From Candidatus Poribacteria bacterium (GTDB taxonomy: Bacteria; Poribacteria; WGA-4E; WGA-3G), in contig OZ240248.1 of the NCBI GenBank assembly GCA_965198235.1, positions 768,001-832,000 on the forward strand: a stretch of DNA of 64,000 nt, given 5' to 3'. Position numbers and translations under genes: made by a program. The notes beneath the pieces were generated by a model. That model ran no database searches. It saw only the letters and a list, made by a program, of their open reading frames with translations, and was not told where the DNA came from. Shown here in pieces: positions 19,863 to 31,692 of the stretch; the first letter of the stretch is position 1; every line of letters starts with the position of its first letter.

Positions 19863-20966
19863 ATGAAGATAACAAAATTGGAAACTTTCCTGGTGCAACC
19901 GCGCTGGCTCTTCCTTAAAATCCACACGGATGAAGGTTTAGTCGGACTCGGCGAACCAATTTTAGAGGGACGTGCGAAAACGTGTGCGCAAGCCGTTGAC
20001 GAACTTGCTCCCTACCTTATCGGTCAAGATCCGAGACGTGTTGTCCACCACTGGCAAGCGATGTATCGCCACGCATTCTACCGCGGCGGTCCCATTCTGA
20101 CAAGCGCATTGAGTGGTGTGGAACAAGCACTCTGGGATCTCGCAGGGAAGTCGCTGGGTGTCCCTGTCTATCAACTCTTCGGTGGACCGACGCGCGATCG
20201 CATCAGGCTATATAAAGGTGGTGGTGATCCAGACGGAATCAAAGAGTGGATTGATAAAGGGTTTACTGCTTTCAAAACAGGTCCTGCAGGCGGCAGACCC
20301 GCACGTATCATCGAAAACAAAGCCTTCATTGACAGAGCCGTGGATCACTTCGCAGCGTTGCGCGAAGCCGCAGGCACAGAAGTTGATCTCGCGATTGACT
20401 TCCACGGTGCAGTCAGCCCGCAAACCGCAAAAGTTCTGATTAAAGCGTTAGAACCTTACCAACCGATGTTCATTGAAGAACCGATTCAGTGCCAAAATGT
20501 GGACACCCTCGCCGAAATAGCGCGGAGTACCCACATTCCGATTGCGACAGGTGAGCGCGTGTTCACAAAGTGGGGTTTCCGTGAAATCTTAGAGAAACAG
20601 GCAGCATCTATCCTCCAACCTGACCTCTGTCACGCCGGGGGTATCAACGAGGTGCGCATCATTGCTGGTATGGCAGAAGCCTACTATGGTGGTATTGCCC
20701 CGCACAACCCTCTTGGTCCCATCTCCTTAGCGGCGTGTATTCAGTTAGATGCTTCTATCCCGAATTTTTTGATGCAGGAGCACACGACTCTCGGTGAAGG
20801 CTATCTCAAGAACCCCTTCGTCTTTAAAGACGGATTCGTTGAACTCCCCACCGGTCCCGGGCTTGGCATCGAACTCGATGAGGATGCGCTCGAAGACAAG
20901 ATTGATCACGACTGGCAGAATCCCGTGACGTACCACCCTGACGACGGCTCTGTTGTCGATTGGTAG
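19863..20966 (+). CDS. dgoD: Galactonate dehydratase (enolase superfamily)
   Basis: Motifs PRWLFLKIHTDEG..GLGEP, FYRGGPIL.SA, IDFHG, FIEEP, ATGER and APHNPLGP. Confidence 0.9.
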   Translation: MKITKLETFLVQPRWLFLKIHTDEGLVGLGEPILEGRAKTCAQAVDELAPYLIGQDPRRVVHHWQAMYRHAFYRGGPILTSALSGVEQALWDLAGKSLGVPVYQLFGGPTRDRIRLYKGGGDPDGIKEWIDKGFTAFKTGPAGGRPARIIENKAFIDRAVDHFAALREAAGTEVDLAIDFHGAVSPQTAKVLIKALEPYQPMFIEEPIQCQNVDTLAEIARSTHIPIATGERVFTKWGFREILEKQAASILQPDLCHAGGINEVRIIAGMAEAYYGGIAPHNPLGPISLAACIQLDASIPNFLMQEHTTLGEGYLKNPFVFKDGFVELPTGPGLGIELDEDALEDKIDHDWQNPVTYHPDDGSVVDW

Positions 20967-21058
20967 AGTAGTAGGCATGCTCCGATGTGCCATAAACCCG
21001 ATGGAAAAGAGCGGATTAAATTTTTAAAAGACTGTTCAGTTCCTTAATTGCTCTCGAT

Positions 21059-21181
21059 GTAACCGAAAACCTGCTCGTAATGAAATTAGGTTTCCTTAAA
21101 TGGCATAATTTGTCTTTGCTTTACATGTGGAGGGGTTTTTGCTTGGGCGTTTCTTTAGCCCAGGAGTCCATAAATTAAAAT
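21059..21181 (+). repeat. Composite palindromic element arm ending at the start codon
   Basis: AACCGAAAACC...AATGAAATTAGGTTTCCTTAAATGGCATAATTT (shared with 58245-58277), then GTTTTTGCTTGGG and GCCCAGGAG..AATTAAAAT-ATG. Confidence 0.65.
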
Positions 21182-21982
21182 ATGAAGTTTATTATGTTCA
21201 CGAAACATCTGGAAGGTTTAGAAATTCCAGATATTATTACCGCGTTACAATCGGTCGGCGTGAGCGGTGCTGACTTATGTGTTCGTCCGGGCTATCCAGT
21301 GAACCCAGAAAACGCGACGGAAGCATTACCCGCCGCCGCAAAGCAGTTCGCCGCCGCAGGCTTGTCCATCCCACTTGTCACCACACCGGGTGATTTTCTC
21401 GACCCAAGTCAGGAAGATACGCGTCGTGTCTACGCCGCTGCAGGTGAAGCAGGCGTTGAAAATATCAAACTGGGATATTGGCACTGGCACGCAGAGGATG
21501 GCGGCTACTGGGCACAAGTCGATTTCATCCGTGAGCAATTGGACGGGTTTGCAAAACTCTCTGCGCAATACGGACCTCGGACATGCATCCATAACCATTC
21601 CGGGACCTCCATGGGGCTGAACTCATGTGCAGTGATGAACCTTGTAAAGGGGTTCGACGCGCAGCACGTCGGCGTTTTTGCTGATACAGGACATCTGTCG
21701 ATCGTCGGGGAACCGATTAACATGGCACTCGATATTGTCAAATCACATCTCGCAGTTATCGCCTTCAAGGATCTGGCGCGTTCGCCCGGAATGCGCGGCG
21801 GCAGAGTCGTCCGAATGGGAAACGGCTTTGTTGACTGGGAAACGGCAGTGAACACACTACAAACAATCGGCTTTTCAGGTCCCGTGAGTTTCCATAGCGA
21901 ATACAGTGGAGAGCCTGTGGACACCGTCATTGACCTTGCGCGTATAGATGTCCGATTCATTAGAAGTTTGATGGACAAATAA
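21182..21982 (+). CDS. Sugar phosphate isomerase/epimerase (xylose-isomerase-like TIM barrel)
   Basis: Metal-ligand pattern GADLCVRPG, IHNHSG, DTGH, AFKD and SFHSEY. Confidence 0.85.
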   Translation: MKFIMFTKHLEGLEIPDIITALQSVGVSGADLCVRPGYPVNPENATEALPAAAKQFAAAGLSIPLVTTPGDFLDPSQEDTRRVYAAAGEAGVENIKLGYWHWHAEDGGYWAQVDFIREQLDGFAKLSAQYGPRTCIHNHSGTSMGLNSCAVMNLVKGFDAQHVGVFADTGHLSIVGEPINMALDIVKSHLAVIAFKDLARSPGMRGGRVVRMGNGFVDWETAVNTLQTIGFSGPVSFHSEYSGEPVDTVIDLARIDVRFIRSLMDK

Positions 21983-21993
21983 GGGAAGATAGA

Positions 21994-22809
21994 ATGGTAC
22001 AATTTCAATTAGGTTTAAATACAAGCACAATTCGGCCCGCCGGACTCATGGATAAGATTCAAATCGCTTCCGAAACCGGCTATTCAGCGATTGAACTATG
22101 GAATGATGATTTAACCGCTTACGAGGAAGAGGGTGGTTCGCTTACCGATGTCAAAAAAGCACTTGATGGCTACGGACTTTCGGTGCCTACCGTTATCGCC
22201 TTGCACGGCTGGCTCGATACGACCGGTGAGGAACATCAGGAAGCGATTGAAGAGGCGAAACGGCGGATGGCACAAGCCGCCGCTGTCGGCTCAACCTATA
22301 TCATCTCAAGTCCGCCGCGTGAAGTGGCAGATCTCCAATTAGGTGGCGAGAATTACCGAGAACTGCTTGAACTCGGACGCGAATTCGGCGTTAAACCTGC
22401 TATGGAATTTCTTGGCTTCGTCGATGGTGTCAATCAAGTCAAGCATGCGTGGGAAGTGATGGAAGTGGCAGATCACCCGGATAGTACGATTGTTCTTGAT
22501 CCGTTCCACATCTATCGCGGCGGTGGGGAGATAGAAGATATAAGGGGCATTCCCGGCGAAAAAATTGCTGTCTTCCACTTCAACGACGCGCCTGCGCAAC
22601 CCGCGCGCGAAGCACAATCGGATGCAGACAGGGTTTATCCCGGCGATGGCATCCTCGACCTCGGGCAGATGATCTCTATTCTGAAGGACGCGGGATACGC
22701 AGGTGTCATCTCATTGGAATTGTTCAACCCAAGTTATTGGGAACAAGATCCTGCAGAAGTCGCACGAATCGGGTTGGAAAAGATGAAATCTGTTCTGTCT
22801 GATTCTTAG
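21994..22809 (+). CDS. Sugar phosphate isomerase/epimerase (IolI/IolE-like TIM barrel)
   Basis: Motifs AIELW, MEFLG, LDPFH, FHFND, DRVYPGDG and SLELFN. Confidence 0.88.
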   Translation: MVQFQLGLNTSTIRPAGLMDKIQIASETGYSAIELWNDDLTAYEEEGGSLTDVKKALDGYGLSVPTVIALHGWLDTTGEEHQEAIEEAKRRMAQAAAVGSTYIISSPPREVADLQLGGENYRELLELGREFGVKPAMEFLGFVDGVNQVKHAWEVMEVADHPDSTIVLDPFHIYRGGGEIEDIRGIPGEKIAVFHFNDAPAQPAREAQSDADRVYPGDGILDLGQMISILKDAGYAGVISLELFNPSYWEQDPAEVARIGLEKMKSVLSDS

Positions 22810-22844
22810 TCGGAATCCAGAAAGTACGAAAGCCAAAAAGCATA

Positions 22845-22872
22845 TTGATTTTCCACGCGTATGTGGTATAAT
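22845..22872 (+). promoter_or_regulatory. Extended -10 promoter upstream of the DUF2961 gene
   Basis: TTGATT-16 bp-TATAAT with TGn immediately upstream of the -10. Confidence 0.5.
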
Positions 22873-22944
22873 AATAGCAAGAACATTTTACATGTCTCCT
22901 CGCGCTTCTGAGTGGGAACTTTAAAATTAATAAGGAAAAGTTGA

Positions 22945-24783
22945 ATGACCTACGTTGACGGATTATTGTCATCGCTGACGCGCGTAAAAAAAGCACGTTC
23001 GTTACGCGCTTCTTCATGGGATACGACAGGCAGAAATAACGATGCATGGAATGTCGAACCCGGCGAAACCCGTGTTATCGCCGACATTCAAGGATCCGGC
23101 TGTATCAATCATATTTGGATGACACAGCCAAACGGTTATCGAAACGTCCTGATTCGGATGTTTTGGGACGATGAGGAACATCCAAGTGTCTTGTGTCCAT
23201 TAGGGGACTTCTTTGGACTCGGCAACGAAATTGTTAACTCATACGATTCCATTCCGTTCTCCGCTTCTACACACCAGAACAACCAGTTCAATACAGGTTG
23301 CGCGCTTAACTGCTACTTGCAGATGCCTTTTAACCGCGGCGCAAGGATCGAACTCGTCAACGAAGGTGATACAAGCCACCGCCAATACTTCTATATCGAC
23401 TATGAGCAGTACCCTGAGCCGCTCGACGATGATATTGCCTATTTCCATGCCCAATTCCATCGTGAAAACCCGTGTGATGGGTGGGGACATGAAATTCGCG
23501 TTAATACGCCGGAAGCCAATATTATCAACGCGGAACGGCTCGCGTGGGACAACAATTACCTGATTCTGTCCGCCGAAGGTAGGGGACACTATATCGGTTG
23601 CAACCTGTCGGTTACCAACTTTCAAGGCACGTGGTGGGGTGAAGGCGATGATATGATCTGGGTCGATGGCTATAAGTGGCCCCCAGATCTGCACGGCACA
23701 GGTTCAGAAGATTACCTCAACCAGGCTTGGGAAATGCAACAGAACGCTTTTGCACACAACGGTTCCTCTATCCACGAAAACAATACCGACGGTTACCAGA
23801 CCTCCTATGTCTATCACATTGAAAACCCGATCCGCTTTGAGAAAGAGATTCGGGTTACGATAGAGCACGGACACGGGAATCATCTCAGCAATGAGATGTC
23901 CTCTGTGGCATACTGGTATCAATTTGAACCGCATACGCCCTTCGATGTGCTACCTGTCGCTCAGCGCAAGCCCGTGCTGAAAGACGAATCTGGGGCATGG
24001 CAGATTGAAGCATCTGCCCAGACCCCCTCGGCGGAACTCGTGCTCAATGACGAGGCTTGTATCGGAAATACGAAGGAAGAGACCGATCCATCTGCCGATG
24101 CACAGCAGAGTGACGAACACCAAACGGAATCGGAATTCGCAACTGACGATAATTCCACGAATGATGCTGAATCCACAGCATCAGATACCTCCGATACCCC
24201 GGTTTCTGAACCCTCAGAAATCGAAAACAGTCTTTTCGCGCTGTCTGAGTCGGAGGAAACACCCTCTGAAGACGATGTACCGTTTGTCGCTATAAATGAT
24301 GACAGTCCTCAAATACAACAAGACAGCGAAGCCTTACCTATCTCTATAGATGAAGAGACTCACGCCAGCGAGGACGACACTCCTGACACACCCAGCGCAG
24401 AAGAAACATCTGTCGTCGAGATCATCCCCCTTGCGCCGTCCGATAATGAAGCAACTGAGTCATCGGAAGACACCGATCCTGTTTCCGAAGATGAGACAGA
24501 ATTTGCAACGGAGATTGTAATATCTGAACAGGAAGGTGAGGGTACTATAGCGCAGCACGCGCAGGTTTCTGACGTTGAAGTCATAGCAACTGAAACACAG
24601 GAAACAGACGGAAGCGGCGATACTGAAACAGAAGCAACGATCTCTGAAGCAGAGCACGAAGCAACAACGTTAGAATCGGCATTATTGAAGAGATTTATGA
24701 CTTCGTGGAGATGTTTGGACAAAGCACCGTTTCCGGTACTGATCAGGCATCCGTTAGCGGAACAGATTATTCTGGCGGCGTGA
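22945..24783 (+). CDS. DUF2961 (GH172-like) protein joined in frame to an acidic low-complexity segment
   Basis: Motifs SSWDTTGRNND, GCINHIWMT, PLGDFFG, WWGEGDDM, GTGSEDY and IEHGHGN. After about aa 370 the sequence switches to E/D/S/T-rich. Confidence 0.8.
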   Translation: MTYVDGLLSSLTRVKKARSLRASSWDTTGRNNDAWNVEPGETRVIADIQGSGCINHIWMTQPNGYRNVLIRMFWDDEEHPSVLCPLGDFFGLGNEIVNSYDSIPFSASTHQNNQFNTGCALNCYLQMPFNRGARIELVNEGDTSHRQYFYIDYEQYPEPLDDDIAYFHAQFHRENPCDGWGHEIRVNTPEANIINAERLAWDNNYLILSAEGRGHYIGCNLSVTNFQGTWWGEGDDMIWVDGYKWPPDLHGTGSEDYLNQAWEMQQNAFAHNGSSIHENNTDGYQTSYVYHIENPIRFEKEIRVTIEHGHGNHLSNEMSSVAYWYQFEPHTPFDVLPVAQRKPVLKDESGAWQIEASAQTPSAELVLNDEACIGNTKEETDPSADAQQSDEHQTESEFATDDNSTNDAESTASDTSDTPVSEPSEIENSLFALSESEETPSEDDVPFVAINDDSPQIQQDSEALPISIDEETHASEDDTPDTPSAEETSVVEIIPLAPSDNEATESSEDTDPVSEDETEFATEIVISEQEGEGTIAQHAQVSDVEVIATETQETDGSGDTETEATISEAEHEATTLESALLKRFMTSWRCLDKAPFPVLIRHPLAEQIILAA

Positions 24784-27700
24784 CAAAGCCCGCTATCTTT
24801 GACATCCAACTCCAACAGAAGCGGCAAAAATCGATTACACGCTGTCACTTCCGGATGTTGATGAAAAAGAGAAACTCTTCCTACATTTTTCCATTGGATT
24901 ACGGGATGGTGTTGTTTTTGACGACGCGGAGCGACAGCCGGAGGCGTAAAGTTCGCTATCGAAATTTTCGATCTTCTTAATACAGGTTTAGAAGCTGTAC
25001 CGGAAAGATGCTTCAAATCTGTATCGACCGAATGTCAATGGGTAGAAGAAAGCATCGAACTTACGTCCTACGCTGGCAAAGAGGTCGTCGTCTCATTCTT
25101 GACGGAATGCAACATAGAAGGCAATAGTAACTACGCGTGGGCTTTGTGGGGTAAGCCGCAGTTACGTAAACTCAAACAGACCCGCCTCCGGAAAGGGAAA
25201 AGGGACCCCGAACCCAAACTACGATGTGGAATTGCTGTCTTACACGCCAGCGATGGCAGGATGCAGCTACGTGAGTTTAGTCAATCCACGTCAACAACAG
25301 TTTCGGATTTAGCGAACATTTGTCTCGAGTCACACGAACCAGAAGAGTCTCCTGTCAAAATATCGCTTTACGCGGCACAGGCCGAAATTAGAATTGTGAA
25401 CGTAGGTGCGACGGCTGCAGTTGTCACTGCAGGCGAGATTTTGAAGTGCAATGTACGCTTCGGAATATCGGCACCGCGCCACTCGACAAAGCGGATACGG
25501 CGCGAATCTCTATCAACGGCATGAACTACGGCGTGGACGCCCCAGGCAAACCGTTAAAGAAATTGAACCGGGTGAAGAAGCCTCCGTCTTTTGGATAGCC
25601 CGCCGTTTCCCAAATCCGACTGTAGTCCCTATTTCTGTCTCGCTCAAATGTCAAACCTCAGCCAGGCGAAGAACGTCAAACAGCCCAAGAACACATTGTG
25701 GTTTTTCCTGAACCTCCTAAACTCGCTGCCAAAGTAGTGAAAGAACTACACACCTACACGGAAAATGGTAGCGTTGTGCTGGGAAATAAACACCTCCGCA
25801 TCGTTTTCGTCCGCGGTCCTGAACCAAGATCAGAAATCAATGACAAAAAGGTTGTTGAGAGGGGGTTTGAGTACTACATCATCTTTGCCGCAAAAGGCGG
25901 TAACTACCAGCACGTAGCAACCTTCCGGCACTCTCCGAGGTTGTCTACTTGGACGTATCACAAAACCGTCAAACGTCACAACTTGTGCCAACAGACTATC
26001 AACTTGCCGGGAACAATCAAGGGGAGTCGATTGTCCACCTAAGCGGCTCGGATACGGATGTAGATGGCGTTGCGTGGAATTATGAGATGCAATGGACGCT
26101 CAGCGAAAGTGCGACGCGGGTGGAAAACGGAATATCAGTTGCAAACGGATGGAACAGAGAACTTCTTGCCTTTCGGGGTCCGATGCTTTACGCCGGGCAA
26201 GGGCGTAATCGCGAAAAGAAAACGGCAGCACTTTTCCCTGGGCTCGAATTCTGGAAACGATGAACGTTCCTCAAGCACACGTGACGCAGCACCACCGTTT
26301 GATAACCGTCTTGTCCCGCATCCCTATAAAATCACAGTGCCAGTCATGGCAGTAGAGATGCAGAAATCAATGGTCGGCATCATCTGGAATCCTCTGGACA
26401 CTTGGGATGGTGAGAATCAGATGCTTTCTGCAGTATTCGCCTCGCCCAATTGGCATCAGTACCAGAAAAATCACGCTCTTGGGTGTATTCGTCCCGACTG
26501 TACCAGCATGGGTTCCAGAAAATCAGACAGAGGCTTCTATCCCGTATCCACTCATACCCGTCGCGTCCGGTGTCCATCAAAACTGAAATTATCGTGGATG
26601 GAAATGCCTCTTATCTTAGATGCCATAGCGCATTGGAATGATGCTTATGGTGCCCCTGAACCGTTATCACCACCCCGTAGCGACGAAGAAGAGGTCTTAC
26701 TTTCGCGGTGCGGGTTTATGCAGACTACATGGGACGCAGACGCTCGAAAATCCCGTCCACTGTGTGGACTGGGCACTTCACAATGAACCGGGTTTCGGCA
26801 CCCTGCTCTGGTACGATTATCTGGCTACAAAAGATGAACATGTGAAGGAACGGGTGTTAGAAAATTGCCAAAAACACCATAACCGAATCCGGAGCAGGCG
26901 GCTTGGCTGCACGCGGTTCGTGTCACATTTTAAGATGGGAATTCCCATTCTATATCGGTAATATCAATGCTGGATTATCTTACATGGAGGAAGAAACGCA
27001 GCAGCGCATTGCTACCCAAGCATCGGATGGAAGTTGGCGGTGGCACCCAACAGACGCGAAAACTGCTTCCCTCGGAAAGGCAGATGAAGCGGTGCTCGGC
27101 ACCTGTGCTGAATCAGCACTTCTACTTCTTAAACATGCTCGGATTACCGGAAATAAAACCTCGCGTGAAGCAGGTTTGAAAGCACTTAATTTCATTCAGC
27201 AATTCTCCGTGCCACGCGGTGCACAAATGTGGGAATGCCCAATGTATCAACCAGATGTTCTTGCGGCTGCTTACGCCATCGGCACTTATGTTGAGGCTTA
27301 CGAATTAACAGCAGAAAAAGAATATCTCAAACGCGCAACGTATTGGGCGGCAACAGCGTTGCCATTCCTCTACCATTGGCATCTCCCAGACCGACCCGGT
27401 ATGCAGTTCGCCTCAATCCCTGTTTTCGGTACGAGCTTCTACACGCATCCGTGGTTCGGTGTCCCTGTTCAATGGAACGGATTAGTTCTCGCCTATTACC
27501 TACAACGCTTGAACCGGCACACCGAAGATGACAGATGGCTTCAAATCGCTGAGGGTATTACGGCAAGTGCGATGTACCAACAGTGGGAAGACGGTGAGCT
27601 CAAAGGCACCTATCCCGATGGATTTTATGGCTTCTGCACTGAAGGCAGGGGACCACACTTGAACCCCGAAGATATCATGGTGAACTTTTATACACTCCGA

Positions 27701-28113
27701 GGGCTCGATCCTCGGAATAAAAACTGCTATTGCCGGGGAGATACCACCTCAGTTCCGGGGCGATGGTAGATGGACTTACCTTAACCGATAACGGGCAACT
27801 GAACTGGCAACTCAGCTATGCCGATAACGAAACGAGTTATACCCTTATCGTTGGTTATGGACGCGCGCCACAAGTACTTCGGACACGCTATCAGTTTTCA
27901 TCGCCGCCGGACGAGCCTCCAATTACTGATGCGGATACACCCGCTGACGATTCCGAATCCATCAACATACCGGGCAAATATGCAGAGACCGAGATTGCGG
28001 GTGTGCAAACGCTCGAAGATGTCGAATCCGGATGGCTTTATATCGAAGATAAGGACGCTATATTGGTAAAGTACCTGCACGCCGCCACGGATGTGCAGTT
28101 TGAGATTTTTTAA
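24055..28113 (+). pseudogene. Large multidomain carbohydrate-active-like protein broken by many frameshifts
   Basis: Consecutive protein-like + ORF fragments change frame (…GVTKPAIF, YAWALWGKPQL, PHPYKITVP, PRGAQMWECP, PVQWNGLVLAY). Domain identity is uncertain. Confidence 0.6.
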
Positions 28114-28132
28114 ATTAACAGGCCTTCGTTTC

Positions 28133-28280
28133 TGCCCTCCTTGCGCAAGCCTATAGAGGCTTGCGGGACAATGTTTCGGGCAGGTTTTCGGTGAAGTCCA
28201 AACGAAAAGTAGAAGCATGTAATAGTTCCCAAACCCGCACAGAATTAACCAGAAACCATCGTGGAACGATGCTCAGAGGG
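28133..28280. repeat. Palindromic element family copy
   Basis: Hairpin GCAAGCCTATAGAGGCTTGC (inverse copy at 42866-42885) and AACCAGAAACCATCGTGGAACGATGCTCAGAG. Confidence 0.65.
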
Positions 28281-28317
28281 ACCTAGTAAAAAAACGAAAA
28301 ATAAGGAGATTATTAAA

Positions 28318-28656
28318 ATGGCTAAGAAGATTGTATTCACCACGCTTATCTTGGTTACTGCAGCAATTACTGCCTTTGTCCTATTTTCACATAACGCCGT
28401 TGCCCAATCTGACGCGGCTGCGTCTGGAGATGCTTCGATGGTAGATTTCAAAGCCTTGGGTGGTTTTATCATTGAAGGCATTGTTTTTAGCATCGTCGGT
28501 TTAATCATTCTGATGGTAGGCTACAAAGTCTTCGATATGGCGACCCCCTACGACCTAAACCGCCAGATTGCCGAAGAGAACAATACCGCTGCTGGCATTG
28601 CAGTTGCGGGTGTTCTCGTTTCACTCGGCATTATCGTCGCTGCAGCAATGGGTTAA
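28318..28656 (+). CDS. DUF350 family membrane protein with an N-terminal signal-like segment
   Basis: Motif YKVFDMATPYDLNRQIAEENNTAAGIAVAG and an AAGGAG RBS. Confidence 0.85.
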   Translation: MAKKIVFTTLILVTAAITAFVLFSHNAVAQSDAAASGDASMVDFKALGGFIIEGIVFSIVGLIILMVGYKVFDMATPYDLNRQIAEENNTAAGIAVAGVLVSLGIIVAAAMG

Positions 28657-28795
28657 TAGAAACTATTTTTATAGGCGTGCCATGCACGGGTACCTTATAA
28701 AAGGCTAAAGGCGCGGGCAGAAACCGCGCCTATAACCCGTGAGGCTGCTTTTATCTGCATCCACGGTCCTAAAAAACGACGGAGGGTGGAAAAAA

Positions 28796-29606
28796 TTGGC
28801 ACAAACAACCTATTTGGCAGATCAGGTTGTCAGTGAGGCACAAATTCAGGAATGGGTAGAGACATTCCACCAGCGAGGCTGCCTGTTTTTGCAAAACGTC
28901 TTGCCCCCTGATTTATGTGCGCAACTTCGACAAGATTTAGAGTGGGCACTCGAAAACGATCCGAATAGCTTAAATGGTGGAAGCCCCGCGGGTCGTATGC
29001 ACTTAAGCCATCGGATGTTTGAACACAGTGAAGCCGAATCGGCGATTGTTCGACCTTGAACCGATTGTCTCTTTCGCTGAAGCACTCGTCGCGGAAAACT
29101 GTCATGTTATTCACAACAATTCTTTCCAGACGTTCCCAGGAGGTGGCATCACATCGTGGCATCAAGACGATGCGCTACACTACATCGTAACAGACGGTGA
29201 ACCACCAAAGAATGTTCGGTTGCCGGTACTACTCTTTACGGCAAATTACTATCTCACTGATGTCACTGAAATTGAACACGGTGGCACAGAGGTTGTCCCA
29301 GGTTCACATCTTTTCGGTGCATCGCCTCCGAATCCGATAGAAGGAACGGAGTGGGAGGAAAAAATCCAGTACAATCTCGGAAAAGCGGGAAGCGTTATCA
29401 TGTTCAACAATCAGGTATGGCACCGCGGGGGTCCGAACCAGACCCAGCGCATCCGATATATCACACAAGTGACATACGGGCGCCGCCTTGTTGGGCATAA
29501 ATACTATCCATTTATGAACTACAATATGCCGGAGTCTGTTCACAAAAATGCGAGTCCCCGTCTGCGCCGGCTACTCGGCTTCCTCAACCACGGTGCCTAT
29601 GGGTAA
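28796..29606 (+). CDS. Phytanoyl-CoA dioxygenase (PhyH) family, frameshifted near 29030
   Basis: Motifs FHQRGCLFLQNVL, WHQD, GGTEVVPGSH and WHRGGPN..R, split over ORFs 28739..29059 and 29019..29606. Confidence 0.85.
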
Positions 29607-29634
29607 ATTTTCGCGCCACGCCGACAAACATAGC

Positions 29635-30489
29635 ATGCCTGAGCAATTTGTTGCAAAGGATTGGAAATGCATCAAGAATACCTGAAGGCATTCGCAGGGT
29701 AAAGCAGCGTCAGACGCGCATATTTTGGCAGCGTGGCTTGAAGGGAGTTTCGCAAAAGACACCGCCGACAGATATTCAGATATTGACATTCATCTATTGG
29801 TCGCCGAAGAGAATAAAGAAACTTTCCAACAGGAATTAGAATTTTGGCTATCCGATATTCAGTCGTTGGTTCTCTTCAAAGACACGTTTCCTGGACAGAT
29901 GATGACCTGCATCACAACAGCAGGCTTGCGAGTTGATGTTTGGTTACACACAGGGGATACAATTATCCTTGAACGTACTAAAGTTCATCTGGTGTCTGCC
30001 GCCGAAGGATGTATTCAATTCAAGGAAACGTGTAGAGACAAAGAATCAAAAGATGTTAGTTCGATACTAAAGCAGCATTTCAACGAGTTTTGGCGTGTGC
30101 TTGCTATTCTTCCTACAGTCTTGGGACGCGAGGAACGCATTGCAGGATTTATGGGGACTACATTTGTTGTAATGTCGCTGACAGAAGTACTCATCATAGG
30201 GAGTGGGAAGCAAAGAGACAGAGGTGTAAAAAATATTAATGCTTTTGTACCGCAAGTTCTCAGAGAAGAAATCGAAGATGCATTAACAATGCAAAGTATT
30301 AATAGAGAAGACATTGCAAAAGCACATCTCCGGTTAACAGCGATTATGCAACGGTACGGACCGAATATTGCAAAACAGTACGGAGTCGTTTATCCGTTGG
30401 CATTGGAAAAGGCTGTCCTTAATTATGTTTCCAGAGAACTACAGATATTAGGACTTTCTGATTGTTTAGATGAGTTACATAGGCTCTAA
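29635..30489 (+). CDS. Pol-beta-superfamily nucleotidyltransferase (LinB/ANT(6)-like architecture); 5' end frameshifted
   Basis: WLEGSFAKDTADRYSDIDI (GS..DxD), RVD and a helical C-terminal domain. Confidence 0.7.
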
Positions 30490-30639
30490 ACTGCAGCGCG
30501 AATCAGGAAGTTTACTCCATCTATTGCCCGGTTTCCTGTGTGCTTGAAAAAAGTTCTCAAGCTGCCCAATCCGGTTGGAATTCACCAGAAACCATCGTGG
30601 AACGAAGTGGAACGATGCCCAGAGTTAATCATTAGAAAA
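30490..30639. repeat. Palindromic element family copy
   Basis: CCAGAAACCATCGTGGAACGAAGTGGAACGATGCCCAGAG..ATTAGAAAA directly before ATG 30640. Confidence 0.65.
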
Positions 30640-31692
30640 ATGAAAGCAATTGTTTTCTCAGAACAGGGCGGCGCGGAGGTCCTTCAGTACACAGACGTAC
30701 CCAAACCGACGCTTGATACGAATGAGGTGCTGGTTAAAGTCGAAGCCTGTGCGGTGAACTATCTGGATATTCATGCCCGGCGGAACCGCCCCCGAGATAG
30801 AAGCGAAACTCCGTCAAGGGGATACGCCACATATACTCGGCTCCGACATTGCTGGGACAATCACCGAAATTGGTGACACAGTCCGCGGTGTTGCGGTCGA
30901 GGATCGAGTCGTTCTCGCACCCTGTATTCCGTGCGGTATCTGTAGTGACTGCTATCGCGGTGCTGAAAACTTGTGTGACACGCAAGAACTCATCGGTTTC
31001 CAAACAAACGGCGGATACGCAGAATACGTAAAAGCCCCTGCCCAAAACGCTATTCAGATGCCAGCGGCACTGTCATTCGTTAACGCCGCTGCAATGCCGA
31101 TAGCGTATCTCACAGCATGGCATATGTTAATGACGCGTGCGCAGCTTCGCCCTGAGGACGATGTCTTAATTCTCGGCGTAGGCGGTGGTGTCGGGAGCGC
31201 GGGACTACAAATCGCAAATTTAACGGGTGCCAGAGTTTTGCCACAGCGAGCAGCGATGAGAAACTTGAACGTGCCCGGCAGATGGGTGCAGAGGTTACGA
31301 TTAACTACAAAGACATTGATTTTTCGGAGGTCGTGCTTGATGTAACCAACGGACGAGGCGTGGGATGTTGTCCTTGAGCATGTTGGTGCCGCAACGTGGG
31401 ATCAGAGCATCGCGAGTCTTGCGAAAAATGGGAGGCGTCGTTTCGTGTGGTGTGACAACAGGCAACATTGGAACAATTAACATCCGAAAGATGTACCAAA
31501 AGCAACTAACAGTGATGGGCTCCGCCCTCGGCACAGTCCCTGAACTCCGAACGCTTGTCCATCTCGCTGGACAAGGAAAACTGGAACCCCTTTATTGACA
31601 GGATTTTACCACTCCATCGTGCGGGTGAGGCACACCTGCTATTAGAGAACCGCCAAAATTTCGGGAAAATCTGCCTCTGTCCAAATTTTTAA
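30640..31692 (+). CDS. Zinc-binding alcohol dehydrogenase/quinone oxidoreductase (MDR), several frameshifts
   Basis: Motifs MKAIVF..GG.EVL, PHILGSDIAG, CGICSDC..GAENLC, GGYAEY and GVGGGVGSAG, spread over 4-5 frames. Confidence 0.85.

Noticed and set aside
29635-30489. Bona fide antibiotic-resistance nucleotidyltransferase or toxin-antitoxin MNT
   Set aside because: Only the generic GS..DxD motif is visible. There is no HEPN partner or mobile context, and the substrate cannot be inferred.
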